64,000 nt of DNA. Source: the human T2T-CHM13v2.0 reference genome, Homo sapiens. Made by a program: the position numbers and the translations under genes. The notes beneath the pieces were generated by a model. It was given only the letters and a program-made list of their open reading frames with translations, made no database searches and was not told the origin of the DNA. Below are positions 1-16,746 of this stretch, in pieces. The stretch lies in the NCBI RefSeq assembly GCF_009914755.1, contig NC_060947.1; one strand, written 5' to 3'. How positions within the stretch are numbered: the first letter of the stretch is position 1; every line of letters begins with the position of its first letter.

Positions 1-406
1 CACACTTCATTTCTGTCATTTTAAAAATAATAAATTCTGTTTTAATAAATCTTGTATGTGATTCGCATCAGTTACTGGGCTAAATACTCTATATTATTTT
101 GCAGACATGAATTTAGTAGAATTTTAGTAATGTGTTATGTATTTCAATAATAAAACACAGAAATATCTTTCAGCTAAAACTATAGATTAAGTTGTTTCAC
201 CTGGGAAATTTCCATTCAGCTCACAAAACTCTATTCAAACATAAGTGCTATCAAACCTTCTCTGAGCACTTTCTTAGAAATACTTGACCCAGGGTACCCA
301 CAATCCCCTGGAGATACTCTGCCCAATATTATTTAATTTATTTTAATTATTTGCTTACATATTTATCTTTTCAACTGACACTAAGCTTCTTAAAAGAAAG
401 ATTCAC

Positions 407-2073
<1,667 letters not shown>

Positions 2074-2354
2074 AAAAGAAAGATTCACTTTTTATTCAAT
2101 ATTGTAGTCTCTGTAATTGGCAAAGTACCTATTGTGTAGTATATAGTCAGTGAAATTTTGATAAAGGAATAAATGAATTACAAAGTAATACCCCGAAATA
2201 ATAATAGCTATTAATAGCTATTCAGGTTCTGCCTGATTTGGTAGCTCTCTGACATCTTTAGTCTTTCAAATCCACTTATCTAGGTTGTTCTGGAAGTGGA
2301 GTGAGATGGAAAACTTGGTCATTTATAAGCTTTTTTAAACATAACTTCAAGTAA

Positions 2355-2825
2355 AATATCTTACTTTGGGTTCTTCCAAAGAAAGATCCTGAGACCAGGA
2401 TGCAAACACAAGTAATTTATTTTGGTTAGGTTATACAGAAGCTCTAGTAAGAAAGTGAAGAAATGAGACAGACGTTGGAAAAAAGTCAATGAAGCATGCA
2501 CCTTGAAGCAAGTTACAACGATGGCAATTTAAGCTTAATAGCACGGGGGAATCCTGAGAGCCAGCTTAAAATTTCAGTTTCTCCACTCAAGTAACTTGGT
2601 CAGGTGGGGTTTTTATTCACCAACTCTCACCAGTAATTGGTTAAGGGCTACTCCTGGGGGCTGTTAACTCTCCAGAATGTCTGTCTTGCCCTACATATTC
2701 GCAAAGTGAACTCCAGAGACCAGAGAAACTTCTTAGCAAACAGTCACAATTCCTGGAAGTCTGGCTGGTGTGCACAGAGATGGTAAGTGCTAAGAATGAG
2801 GTATTGACAATGTTCACAGCACAGA
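2355..2825 (-). mobile_element. Old MaLR LTR (MLT1J/K-like)
   Basis: Degenerate similarity to recalled MLT1 end (TGGGTTCTTCCAAAGAAAGATCCTGAGAC...GTAATTTATT). Confidence 0.55.
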
Positions 2826-3162
2826 AATTTTTGAGGCTGCTTCTTTTGAACCAAAAATAATCACCCGTTAAGAAAACCTCTGTGATGCTTATGAGGATAT
2901 ACTTAATAGGTTTTGTTGAAATAATAGAATTGACATGTTTATTGAGCACATTCTATTCACTAAAATATATAGAAATCTGTGTCTGTAAGTAATATTTCTG
3001 CCTTCCACATTACTGTGGTAGTCTGTGAATTATCTGGTACTTTCTTTGTTGCTAATTTGCTCTTCTTTCTTCCTTATTCTTTTTTAAAATTTTCTACTTG
3101 AAGACTTAACAGAAAGGCATCATTTGCAATTCTTGTTAGATGGGCCATGGGATTGTTTTTCT

Positions 3163-3470
<308 letters not shown>

Positions 3471-3639
3471 CATGGGATTGTTTTTCTAAAGGCAGCAATT
3501 ATATACTAAGCAGTAATAAATGCCCCCCCCCTCAAAAAAAAATCCAAGCCACCATGGATTTACAGATAAGTGCATCGTTCCTGCTCTTAAGGAACATATA
3601 GTCTGCCATGGTCTTGAGTAGGTAAAACTTCTATATGTC

Positions 3640-4510
3640 TTCATTCATTTATATGTTCAACAAATATTTTCAAATACTGATTAGGTATCAGGAAATGCTA
3701 GGTGCAAAAAAATACAATGTTAAGTAAAACAGAGCTTTTGCCTTTATGGAATATGCATTCTACAAAAAATGTGGACATTAATCAAGGATTCATATAAACA
3801 TATAAAATTGCATATGTGATAGGTGCTATGCAGGGGAGGTACATGGTGCTATGAGATCCTTTTTTAGGTACTCAACCTAGTAGAGAAGGTCAGGGAAGAT
3901 TTACGACAGCCAGTGAGTTTTTTAAAGTTGAGTAGAAGTTTACTAATGAAAGGGGAAGGAAGTGTCTTCCAGGCAGATGGAATAGCATAGGTAAAGTCAA
4001 GAAGGAGAGAGGTAAGTAAGATAGCATGAAAGAAAGTCAGTATTAATGCAACTGTAAAAGGTGGGGGAAGGGTGAGACTGGAGAAATATCTAAGGACTAG
4101 ACCATGCAGGATTTTTTTTTTTCCATCCTAAGTGCAATGAAAATCCATTAACAATTTGATTTGTGTTTTAAATAGTCACATTGACAAAAGGGTCAAGAAT
4201 CAATGCAGCTAACTGTTGGACATTTTAAGATGTTATTGTGCTAGTCCAGGTAAGAAATAATAACTAAGAAAAATATAGTGGTCATGGAGTTGTAGAAAAG
4301 TAGATAGATATGAGACATGTTCATTTAGGTATAAATAATCTGACCTTGTGACGGACTGAATATGGGAGTGAGTAAAAGGAAGATATGAAGGATGACACCT
4401 AAATTAGAGCTTATGCAATAGGATGCTACTACAATTGACTGAAATAATTGACTGAACAAAGGAAAAAGGAAATATTTGGTGTGGGCAGATCATGAATTTG
4501 GTAGTGAGCA
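3640..4510 (-). mobile_element. L2 fragment
   Basis: Reverse complement of L2 3' end (TCATTCATTT...TCAACAAATATT) followed by typical purine-rich L2 body. Confidence 0.7.
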
Positions 4511-5019
4511 TCTTTTCATATGGCATTGACCAAAGCCTCCAGAGCAAGGCTGAATTAAAATGACAATAATATATATTCTTATCTTATGCCTCATCTAAAC
4601 AGAAAAAAGTTTCATCATTTTATTACTAGATGTGGTATTAATATATGTTATAGGTTCTTTGTAGATACCCATTAAGGGACTAAGAAAATCCTTTGTAATT
4701 GGATTTTACTAAGATATATTTACCATGAAGATATGTTCAATATTGTTAAACGCAATTTTCTGCATCTGTTAAGGTGATTGTATTTTTAAAATTTATAATA
4801 CATAAGAAAGAATATAATACCTCATTTTGTTTCCAATTGTCTACAAACTTCATCTTGTTTACCTCTGATAGGGTTATGACTATGATAAGATTATGTTTAT
4901 CTTATGATAGATGCTCTCTACGGTCTTGCATTCTCACAAAGAGACATGTCTTTGTATTTTATACCAATGAGAAGAAGATACATTTTTTCTGAAAAGCAAC
5001 AAATCTGATCCAGGCACGT

Positions 5020-5455
5020 TGCCCTTCTTCTTGGTCCTTCGACATGCCAGGTAATTTCTGGCCTTAAGGCTTTTTCACCCATTGTTCACTTTGTCAAGGA
5101 CTCTCTTTCTCTAGATCTCTGAATGGCTAACACCCTCATCTCCCTTGGGAATTTGGCTGAATGATTTCCTTCTCAATGAAGAATACTCAGTCTTTTAAAA
5201 ATTGTAACTTGACTCACATTTCCACCCTCAGCACTTAGTATTTCCCTTACCCTTCTGCATTACTTTTTCTTACTTTTTTGTTTTCGGCATTTATCATCTT
5301 AAAATATACTATGGAATTTACTCATTAATTTTGCTTGTTGTTATTGTATTTATTCTTTCAGTCCTGGAATCTAAGCTGCATGAGGACAGACACTTTGGTT
5401 GTTTAGCTAAATTATGTATTCCAAGTGATTAGAACAGTGCCTGACACAAAGTAAG
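5020..5455 (+). mobile_element. L2 3' fragment
   Basis: TAAGCTGCATGAGGACAGACAC...AGAACAGTGCCTGACACAAAGTA. Confidence 0.7.
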
Positions 5456-5841
5456 TTAAACTGCAAAAACAAACAAACAAATTACAACGACAAAAATCTC
5501 AAGTATTATATTAGAGATTACACAAACTATGATCCCTTTCCAGACTTCTAGTATCTCTTGGGAAAGAGTTGAGGCTAATTTGCTAATACCAAAGCAAATA
5601 TGTGAATGAGGGGGTACAAAATCTGAGGATCATGTATTTGATCTCTTTATTTCAGCTAAATATCCCATATTCTCAGAAGTCTCAAGCAACCCTTACTTGA
5701 ATTATTCTTCCAAGAAAGTTTTTTATGTTCATTTTCTCTCTTACACACATGTTGGTACTCACATTCATACACATCCACACACATAAACTTAAGGAAATAG
5801 ATTTCCATGTTCACATAATCGTTTCTCTCTCTCTCTCTCTC

Positions 5842-6135
5842 TTTTTTTTTTTTTTTGAGACGGAATCTCCCTCTGTTGCCAGGCTGGAGTGCAGTGGCAC
5901 GACCTCGGCTCACCGCAACCTCTGACTCCCTGGTTCAAGCAATTCTCCTGCCTCAGGCTCCCGAGTAGCTGGGATTACAGGCACGCGCCACCAAGCCCAG
6001 CTAATTTTTGTATTTTTAATAGAGACGAGGTTTCACCATGTTGGCCAGGATGGTCTCGATCTCCTGAACTCGTGATCAGCCTGCCTCGACCTCCCAAAGT
6101 GCTAGGATTAGAGGCATGAGCCACCGCACCCGGCC
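5842..6135 (-). mobile_element. AluSc-like with (CT)n at the tail
   Basis: Dimeric Alu; TSD TCGTTTCTCT at 5819-5828 and 6137-6146. Confidence 0.93.
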
Positions 6136-7822
6136 CTCGTTTCTCTTTTATAAGCCTACTTTTGAGTTGGCACTGCATTTTTACATATATACAAAAAGAT
6201 AACAATAGGATTAAAATATGATCATGTATAAAAACATCTATTTCCATGTATATTATTTGAAGAAAATAAAAATCCTCTTATACTGTGAAAACTATACTTC
6301 CTGAGTCACTTTGTATCTTTCACATGCACTTAATGAAGCCAATTGCCTTTAACAGATTTTCAGTTTCAGGACTAGACTCCTGAGAACTTTTATTGTTACT
6401 GTAATTTTTCAGCTTTTTCTTTGCTCTGATTAATAATTTTAATTTACCATAATAATTGTAGATATTTATGGGGTACAGTGTAATATTTAAGTACTTGTAT
6501 AAAACAGGTAATAATTAAATCAGGGCAATTAGCGTATCTCTCATCTAAACTATGTATCTTTTATTTGTGTTAGGAACATTCAAAATTTGCTGTCTAGCTA
6601 TTTGAAAATATGCAATAAAATGTTAATTACAGTCACCCTGTAGTTCTATAGAACACTAGAACTTATTACTTCTAACTAACTGTAATTTTGCCTTTGTTTA
6701 ACAACCTCTGGTTATCCTCCTTCCAACACACTTCCCAGCCTCTAGTAACCATTATTCTACTCTATTTCTGATATCAATACTTTTTAGATCCCACATGTGA
6801 GTGAGATCATGCAGTATTTGTTTTTGTGTGCCTGGATTATATCATTTAACATAATTTTTTCAGGTTCATTCATGTTGTCAGAAATGGCAGAATTTTATTC
6901 TTTTTGTAGCTGAATAGTATTCCATCGTGTATATATAAGACATTTTCTTGATGTATTCATCTTTTTATTGAGAGTTAGGTTGATTCCATATTTTGGCTAT
7001 TGAGAATAGTGCCATCATGAACATGGGAGTGTAGATAGATATCTCTTTGACATACTGATTTTGTTTCCTTTGGATATATATCCAGTAGTGGGATTGCTGG
7101 ATTGTATGGTAGTTCTATTTTTAGTTTATTGAGAAAGCTTTGTATTGTATTCCATAATTTATATTCCCATCAAGACTATATAAGAGTTCCCCTTTCTCCA
7201 CATCCTCACCAGCATTTGTTATTTTTGGTCTTTTTGATGATAGTCATTCTTACTGAGGTGGGATAATATTTCATTGTGGTTCTGATTTGCATTTTCCTGA
7301 GAATTAGTGATATTGAATTTTTTTCATATACCTGTTGGCTATTTGTATGTCATCTTTTGAGAAATGTCTATTCAGCTCATTTGCCCATTTTTAAATTAGG
7401 TTATTTGTTGTTGTGCTGTTATTTGAGACCTTAAATATTCTAAATATTAATTTTAGATTAAAAGTTTGCAAATATTTTTCCCATTCTGTTGGTTTTCTCT
7501 TCACTCTGTTGATTGTATTCTTTGCTGTGCATAAGTGTTTTAGTTTGATATTATTACATGTGTCTGTATTGTCTTTTATTGCTTGTACTTGTGAAGTTTT
7601 ATTTAAAAGATCTTTGCCAAGACCAATGTTGTGAAGCATTTCTTTCATGTTTTCACCAATTAGTAATACAGTTTTGCATTTAAGTTTTAGCAATTTTTAG
7701 TTGATTTTTGTAGACGATTAGAGATATGGGTGTAGTTTTATTCTTCTGCATATGGATATCTAGTTTTCTCAGCACAATTTATTGAAGAGGGTGTCCTTTC
7801 CCAAAGGAATGTTCTTGGTACC

Positions 7823-8608
<786 letters not shown>

Positions 8609-9067
8609 GGATTTTGTTGAAAGTCAGTAGACTATAAATATGTGGATTTATTTCTGGATTCTCTATGCTGCTCCATTAGCCTCTGTATCTGTTCTTATGT
8701 CAGTGTCATACTCTTGTGGTTATGATATCTTAATAGTATGTTTTGAAGTTAGGCAACGTAATACTTCCAACTTTATTCTCTTGCTCAGGATTGTTTTGGT
8801 TATTTAGGGTCTTTTGTGGTTCCACTGTCTATTTTAGAATTGTTTTTTCTATCTTTGAGAAGAATCTCATTGATATTTTGATAGGGATTGAATTGAATCT
8901 GTAGAATGCTTTTGGGAAGGGATTAATATTGTAAAGAATTAATACTTTTGAGTTTTAGTATATGGATATTCTGCCACTTATAATTAGCACTTTAATTAGT
9001 AACAATCTGGTCTAGATTAATGACAACTTAATTTCAATTATATAAAAACTTTCCCTCTATACAGCTC

Positions 9068-11347
9068 TGTGTTAGTACATTTTGTCTTTTATAACAAAAT
9101 ATCATACATTGAGTAGCTTATAAACAGTCAAAATTTATCTGTCACAGTTCTGGAGGCTGGGAAGTCAAATATCAAGACATCAGCAGATTTCAGTGTCTGG
9201 TGAAGTCCTGCTTTCTGTCTTATAGAGAGTGCCTCCTTGCTATGCCCTCACATACTAGAAGACACAGTGGAGTCTCTCTTAGGCCTCTATTATTAGGACC
9301 CTATTCCCATCCATGAGGCCTCCACCCTTGTGACCTAGTCACCTTTCCCAAACTCCAACTTCTAATAGTATATCCTAGGGGGTTAGAAATTCAACATATA
9401 AATTTTGGGGGAACAAAAACATTCAGAACATAGTATACCGCCACTGCCCCTCACAAAATACATGTCCTTCTTACACAAAAAATACATTTACTCCATCCAT
9501 GGAGCCCCAAAAGGTTTAACTAGTTCTGGCAGTAACTGAAAAGTATAGACTTCACAGTCTCATCTAAATATCATCCAAATCAAATATGTGTGAGACTGAA
9601 GGTACAATTGATTCTGCAACAAATTTTTCTCCAGCTGTGGAACTTTTTAACTTTTTTGAAATGAAAGAAACGTTATGTGCTTCTAAAATGTAATGGTGAG
9701 ACAGGCATAGGATATACATTCCCATTCCACAAGGCAGAAATGAGAAAGAAGAAGGAAGTAACAGGTCCCAAGTAAGCCTGAAACCCGAAGTCAGACAACA
9801 TTAAATCTTAAGTCTTGAGAACAAATTTCTTTGACTTGATGTTATGCCCTCCTGGACTACTGGGACTCTGGTTTCATCTTCCAAATCAACTAATGTGAGA
9901 GTCCTGCCTTCCAGACACACTGGGACAGTGGCCTTGCCTCTACTGCTTTGGACAACCTTGCCTCCAAGGCAACTTTCTGTCTAGGTCCTATTCTCTTAGC
10001 AGTTCTTTGCAGTGGCCCCCATCTTCATGACAGGTCTGTGCCTGATTCGCATGCTTGCTATTCTCTGAGGCTGGGATCACATGATAATGGCTTTATTAGT
10101 CTGGAGCTATGAGAACGTTCCCACTCCCACAACTCCTCTGGGTATTGCCCTAAAGGAAACTCTTTATATTGACCCCATACTTTTTAGGGCTTATGCACTG
10201 TGAGCCTGTGATGGGAGTGGCAGCCCTGATAATTTCTAAATTGTCTTTTGGGTCATTCTTCCTTTGTCTTTGAAAATAGGGCTTAGATTCTGTCTAGATG
10301 GGTGACTAATTTCCTTATCAAATAATCAATCATTCGACCACACCTTTGGTGTTTTTTCCTTAACATGCTTTCTCATTTTTGTTTTTTACAATAAAAACAG
10401 GTTGAGAATTTTCCAATTCTGTATACTCTGCTTCCCTTTTGATTAAAAAATTCATCTTTAAATTATTTTTCTCTTCTTAAATTTTCTAGTAGTAATCGAG
10501 ACAAGTAAAGCCACACCCTCAACACTTTACTTAGGACTGTCCTCAGCCGCCAAATATCTAATTTCATCACGCAAAAGTTTCTACCTTCCACAAAACACCT
10601 GGACGGAAACACAATTCAGTCGTGTTCTTTGCTTCTTTACAACAAAGATATACTTTTCTCCAATTGTCAGCAATATGTTAATCATTTCTGTCTAAAAACT
10701 CATCAGCATAGCCTTTAGTGTTCATATATCTGTTAACACTGTTTGTGATTATTTAAATATTCTCTAAGAAGTTTGAGATTTTTGCTCTAGCTCTTCTAGT
10801 TTCTTTCTAGGCTCTTAATAGAACATCCCTTAATGATCTATTCACAGCAATGTCGGATTTTTTTAGCATGTACCACATACTCTTCTAGCTTCTACCCCTT
10901 ATCCAGTTTCACAGCCATTTCCACATTTTTAGGTATTTGTTATACTAGCACCCTACTTTCAATACCAATTTTCTGTTTAGTCCATTCAGGCTGCTGTAAC
11001 ATAGTACCATAAAGTGGATGGCTTATAAACAAGAGAAATTTATTAATCACAGTTGTAGAAGCTCAAAAATTCAATATCAAGGTGCCAGCAAATACAGTGT
11101 CTGTTGAGGGCCAATTTTCACATTCATAGGTGGTGCCTTTTCACACTCTCCTCACATGGTGGAAGAGGCAAGACAGCTCTCTTGGGCCTTCTTTATACAG
11201 ATACTGATCCCATTCATGGATGCTATGCCCTCATAACCTAACCACCTTCTAAAGGCTTTTCCTTCTAACCCATCCTAATACCATCACTTTGGGGGTCACA
11301 ATTTTAACATATGAATTTGAGGGTACACAAACATTCAGATCATAGAA
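9068..11347 (-). mobile_element. MLT1A-type MaLR provirus: LTR 9068-9435, internal region, LTR 10974-11347
   Basis: Two homologous ~370-bp LTRs (TCACAGTT...GAAG..CAA.ATCAAG...ACATTCAGA.CATAG) flanking ~1.5 kb of internal sequence. Confidence 0.85.
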
Positions 11348-12212
11348 AATATCATTCTCTTTCCCCTCCTTTGTACTGCTATTAACATAAAAATTATCTT
11401 CTTATACATTGTCTGTATCTCAGAACAAATTCATAATTAGTAACTTATGCACTTGTCTTTTAAATTAGGAGTAGAAAAATGTTACAAATAAAAATGCATT
11501 TAAACTGCCTTTTATATTTATCTGTAGAGTTGCTCTTACTGGAACCTTTTATTTCTTTATGTGGGTTTTAATTACTGCCTAGTGTTCTTTCATTTAAATC
11601 TAAGGAAATCCCTTTAGTATTTTTTGGAGGGTAAGTTTTCTAGTGAAGGCTTCTCTCAGTTTTTGTTTATTTGGAAAATGTCATCAGTTCTTTTTTTTTT
11701 TCAAAGATAGTTTTCTGGATATATAATTGTTTATTGACTGTATTTTTTCTCTAGCATTTTGAATATGCACCATAGGTCTGTGATGTGTTCATTTTTCTTC
11801 ATTGTTTTTTCTTTTTATTCCTCAGAATGTATAATATGAATTGATCTATCATCAAATTCACTTGTCATTATTATTTCTTCTAGTTTCTTAAATATGTTGT
11901 TTAGCCTTTCTAGTAATTTTTAAGTTATTATAGGTATAAGCTCCAGAATTTCTATTTGAATATATTTTTGTATGTAATTTCTCGTTACTGACTTTCTCTA
12001 TTTGGTAAGATATTGTTCGCAAACATTCCTTTAGCTTTTAAACTTTTCTTTTTTCTTTTTGACTATTTTAAAAATAGTTCAATTAAGTCTTTTCTAGTTA
12101 GTCTGACCTATGGGCTTGCCTATTGACCTTAAATTTCTCTGTGTATGTGTCATGCCACATTATTTCTGTGCATGTCTCATAATTTTTGTTTGAAAACTGG
12201 ACATTTTAAATA

Positions 12213-13362
12213 GCTGGTGGAGTTGATGATGGATGTTGTGACAAAGTAGGCTCAGAGTGTGACTGCCTGCAGGGTTTTCAGCTGACCTACTCCCTAAGTG
12301 GAGGAACTACATCTCAGATGAGTACCCTTCTTGTCAACAATATCCAGGAGAAGTGCCCACATAGGATCATAAACCCATTCAGTGTGCTGCTCTTGTCCAA
12401 GGTGTTAGACATGGTTGTGGAACCCTATAATGCCACCCTTTCAGTCCATCAGCTCATAGAAAACACAGATGACACATGATGCCTTTATAATGAAGCTCTC
12501 TACAACATCTGCTTCAAAACCCTAAAGCTGCTCACATCCCCTTACAGTGATCTAAACCACCTGGTGTCTGCCACTATGACTAGAGTCACCATCTGCCTGC
12601 ACTTTCCTGGCCAGCTAAATGCTGACTGCAGAAACTGTCCATGAACATAGCCCCATTTTCCCACCTGCACTTCTTCTTACCTGGCTTTGCCTCACTGACC
12701 GGCTGGGGCAGCCAGCAATATTGAGCCTTGACACGGCTGAGCTCACCCAGCAGATGTTTGACACCAAGAACGTGATGGCTGCCTGCAACCCTCACCATGG
12801 CTGCTACCTAGTGGTGCTGCCATTTTCAGGGGCTGCATGGCCATGGAGGAAGCAGATGAGCAAATGCTTAGTGTCCAAAACAAGTACAGCAGCTACTTTG
12901 CTGATTGGATCCCCCACAGTGTGAAAATAGCCGTCTGTGACATCTTACCCCCAAGGCTAAAAATGCCCACCACCTTCACTGGCAATAACATTACTATCCA
13001 GGAGTTGTTCAGGTGTATTTCAGAGCAGTTCACAGCCATGTTTAGGTGCAAGGCCTTCCTGAACCCATATGTGAGTGAGGGCATGGATGAAATAGAGTTC
13101 ATTGAGGCTGAGAGCAACATGAACAACCTGGTATCTGAGTACCAATAGTACCAGATGCCATGGCTGAGGAGGGAGAATTTGAGAAGTGAGCTAAGGAGGA
13201 GGTGGCCGAGAGCCTTCTGTTGCTAGGTGAAGGACAAAAGCAGTATGAATTCTTTATTCACTCACAACGTATTCTGATAGCCATGTCTTACTGTGCATGC
13301 ACTTGCTGTTCTTCTTGCTACATGATCACTTCTATCAAAGCATTTTCATAGTAAAACAAAAA
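12213..13362 (+). pseudogene. 5'-truncated processed beta-tubulin pseudogene, TUBB8/TUBB4B lineage (about codon 112 to 3'UTR)
   Basis: [80 protein letters not shown]; many stops and frameshifts; 3'UTR ends AAAGCATTTTCATAGT, then short A-tail and possible TSD AAATA. Confidence 0.95.
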
Positions 13363-13812
13363 TATGGCAATTATGGAAATCGGATTGCCACTTTCCCCAG
13401 GTTTTTACAGTTTTTTGTTCATTTTTGTTATTAGTTTTTATTTAGTTACTCTTTAAAACTAATTTTATAATGCCTGTATTCTTTGTCATATGTGGTCACT
13501 GAAGTCTTATTTAATTAACTTAATAGTCATTTAATGATTGGGCAGAGATACATTAAATTCCCAGAACCAATTATTCTTCCAGTCTTTGTAAAGTGGCTCT
13601 GTTTATGTGTTCTCAGCAAGGATGTTTACATGTCTGACTTAGCCTTCACTCTCTGCTTGTGCAGAGTCTCAGTGTTAGCCAGAGGTAATAGCTTAAGACC
13701 TTTCCACATTTATCTTTAGTCTGTATGCAGTCCTGGTAATGTGCACAGCTGTAAACATGGGTATTGACTTTCAGAACCCTGGAATATATGAGATGTTTTA
13801 ATACCTCACTAT

Positions 13813-14140
13813 AGCCAGGCACGGTGGGTCATACCTGTAATCCCAGAACTTTGGGAGGCCGAGGTGGGTGGATCACTTGAGGTCAGGAGTTTGAAACCAA
13901 CCTGGACAACATAATAAAACACCATCTCTACTAAATATACCAAAATTAGCCTGGCGTTGTGCCACACACTTGTAGTCCCAGCTACTCAGGAGGCTGAGGC
14001 AGGAGGATTGCTTGAGCCCAGGAGGCAAAGGTTTTAGTGAGCCAAGATCATGCCATTACACTCTAGCCTGGGTGATGAGAGTGAAACCCTGTCTCAAAAA
14101 AAAAAAAAAAAAAACAAAACCCAAAAAACAAAAACAAAAA
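13813..14140 (+). mobile_element. Older Alu (AluJ/Sz-like)
   Basis: Dimeric Alu with A-tail; degenerate TSD CTCACT(A/G)TA. Confidence 0.92.
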
Positions 14141-15374
14141 CTCACTGTAAGCATTTCATGTGTTATCTGCTTTTTTAAAGCTTTTTGATTAGATTATTGT
14201 TTTCCCCAACTCTTACCTACTGCCTTAGGCAACCGTGATGTTTAACAATTGCCTCTGATTGTTCCTGAGAAAAATGTCAAGGAAAAAGTGCTTGTAATGG
14301 GTGAGCTCTGAATCATGTAGAATATAAGAGCCTTTTTGAGTAGAGTCTTCCAGGAAACTATCAGATGGATCAAATAATAATATATCTCTTGAAATGTGTT
14401 TTTGAAAGTGCTTCACTCCCTCTCTGTCTCTCCTGTTAGTTGTCAGGCTACTGTTTTTTATCGTAATGGCAGGTTGTTGATTTTCAAGGCCCTTGAAGAG
14501 CTGTTGGAATATAATGGTAATAATGCAAGTTAAATGCCACAAGGCTTGCTATTCTTACTGAGATTTAGCCATTTTTTTCTGGAATAAATGTTCCCCAGAT
14601 TGCTGCAAGTCATTGAATAATTTTCAGAGTTTTAAAAAAGTTAATTTTGTCAACTTTTGCTAGTGTTCTCATTAATTATATGGAGGAGAAAATTTGTGTA
14701 ACTTCCTACTTCACCGTTTTTTTTGTTGTTGTTGTCATTACCTTACTATTTCTTTTTGAGTCTGTTTTGGTATGATATATTTTTCTACAAATTGATGCAT
14801 TATATATAATACTTTAAAACTTAAAATTGTGCATAATTTACTCTAATATTTTTAATTTTCTCTGTATCTGCAAACTTGTAGCCTTTTCCTTTCATAATAT
14901 TGTTTATTTTCGCTGTCTGTCCTTTCTTGATCAGTGATTTGTTAATTTTATTAGTTTGTTTTTTAAATACACTTGTGACTATTTGGTCCTATCTACTCCA
15001 TTTTTTAATCTTCTAATTTATTAATTTCTGCTATCAATTTTTTTTTATTTCCTCTATTTCTTTAGATTTTGTTTCTTGGCTTGCCTTTAATAGTTTTCAT
15101 TGGATTCTTAGCATAAGTCTATTATATCTTATTTTTGATTATACATAAAATCTATACATTTTATTCCAAATACTGCTTTAATTTCACCCAATTAGTTTTG
15201 ACAGTTGATATTTTTATTTTATTTAAAATTATTTTAGATGACTTCTTCAACTCATGAGTTACATAAAAGTGTTAACAATTTTTTTCTGAATTATTCTTTG
15301 TGGTTTATTTCTCAGTAATTGTGTCATCGTCAGAAAATAACATTTTAGTCACTGAGTTCTTTGAAATTTCTGCT

Positions 15375-15540
15375 TTTTATAATTTCAAATTTTATTTTAG
15401 ATTTAGGGGATACCTCTGCAGATTTCTTATCTAGGCATATTGTGTGATGCTGAAATTTGGAGTTTATTCCATCACCCAGATACTGAGCATAGTACACAAC
15501 AGTTAGTTTTTCAACCCTTGTGTCCCTCCCTTACTGCTCT
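15375..15540 (-). mobile_element. L1PA (older) 3' end fragment
   Basis: CATCACCCAGATACTGAGCATAGTACACAACAGTTAGTTTTTCAACCC. Confidence 0.75.
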
Positions 15541-15542
15541 AC

Positions 15543-16282
15543 TGAGACTGTGTTTTTAAAATTATAACTGTAAGGAAAATCTGACATAGTTGGTTCCATC
15601 TTGCTTCTGACCTCCCAACTGTCCTTGATCATTCCTGGGCATAGGCCAACCTAACTGTGGAAAGAAGTTAGTTTATAGTTTAACATGAAAGGAAAGATGA
15701 TATTAGTTCTTCCCTAAAACTAACCCCCTTCTTGCCTGGGACTGAACACCATTTTTGTAAGATTAATGAAAGGCTATAACAATAGGATTATGGGAGAAAC
15801 CTGAACTCTGCTAAGGTACAGGTGTAGTTTTTATAATTCCTTACTCTTTAGGAGTCATGTGGCCAGAGGTCACAAGATTTGTGACTTCCACAATTGCTCT
15901 TATAGATAACATCACTATTGTAGAATCTAAGATTGTTTATTTGAAGATATATTTCAGGCTGATTCCACCCAGACTCACGACTCATTACTCAACTGATCCG
16001 GTGGTTCCACCCAGAGGCAGACTCAGCACACAAGAACCATTTTTCACACCCCTAGCATTTCATTCCCAACCAATCAGTACCATCCATTTGCTAGCCCCTG
16101 TTCACCAAACTGTCCATAAAACTTTAACCTCCAAACCTTCAGGAAGATTTACTTGAGTGATAAATCCAGTTCTCCAGCTTGGGCCAGCCTCATGTCAATT
16201 TAACTTTTTCTCTATCGCAATGCCACAGTATCAGTGAATATTTTTTTGAGGAAATGGCAGAAGTATCTGTTGGGTGATTACA
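15543..16282 (+). mobile_element. ERV1 solo LTR, LTR8-related
   Basis: TG...CA ends; homologous to 53711-54910 (TCCATCTTGCTTCT.ACCTCC, TTCCTGGGCATAGG, ATAACATCACTAT). Confidence 0.8.
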
Positions 16283-16528
16283 TCAGAAGTTTCCAGTGTT
16301 TATGACTGCCATCTTTAAATCCATGAGTACCCATTGTTTGATACTTATGTTATGGCCCCATATATACTTTATGTTGGAATCAGCTTTTGTGAAAATAATA
16401 TGTATCTTGCATCTATTGGGTAGAAACCTCTCTATATATTTATTAAATGTCTTGTTATTGTTTTTAAAATCTTACCATATTCGTACTGATTTTTTTCATC
16501 CTACTGGATAACATCTAACTGTTTAAAT

Positions 16529-16746
16529 CAGGGTTGGCATTTTTTTTTCTCTCCACAGGATCAAATTATAAATATTTTATACTTATGGTCTCTTTTATGA
16601 CTACTCATCTATGTCATCATAACATGAAAGAAGTCATAGATAATACTTAAATAAATGGATATGCCTGATTTCCAATAAATCTTTATTTACAAAAGGAGGC
16701 AACAAACAAAGTTTGGCCTGTGTGGCATAGTTCGCTGATACTTTGC
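16529..16746. mobile_element. MER58A-like hAT-Charlie MITE
   Basis: CAGGGTTGGCA... start, TTCCAATAAA.CTTTATTTACAAAA core, degenerate right TIR. Confidence 0.75.

Larger units (their letters stand above)
11348..15370 (-). mobile_element. Old L1M fragments (host of the tubulin retrocopy and an Alu)
   Basis: T-rich antisense L1M-like sequence; CTGGACATTTTAAATA resumes as ATGGCAATTATGGAAATC after the pseudogene. Confidence 0.6.

Noticed and set aside
12619-13148. Tubulin ORFs as a functional CDS
   Set aside because: N-terminal ~110 codons absent; multiple frameshifts and stops
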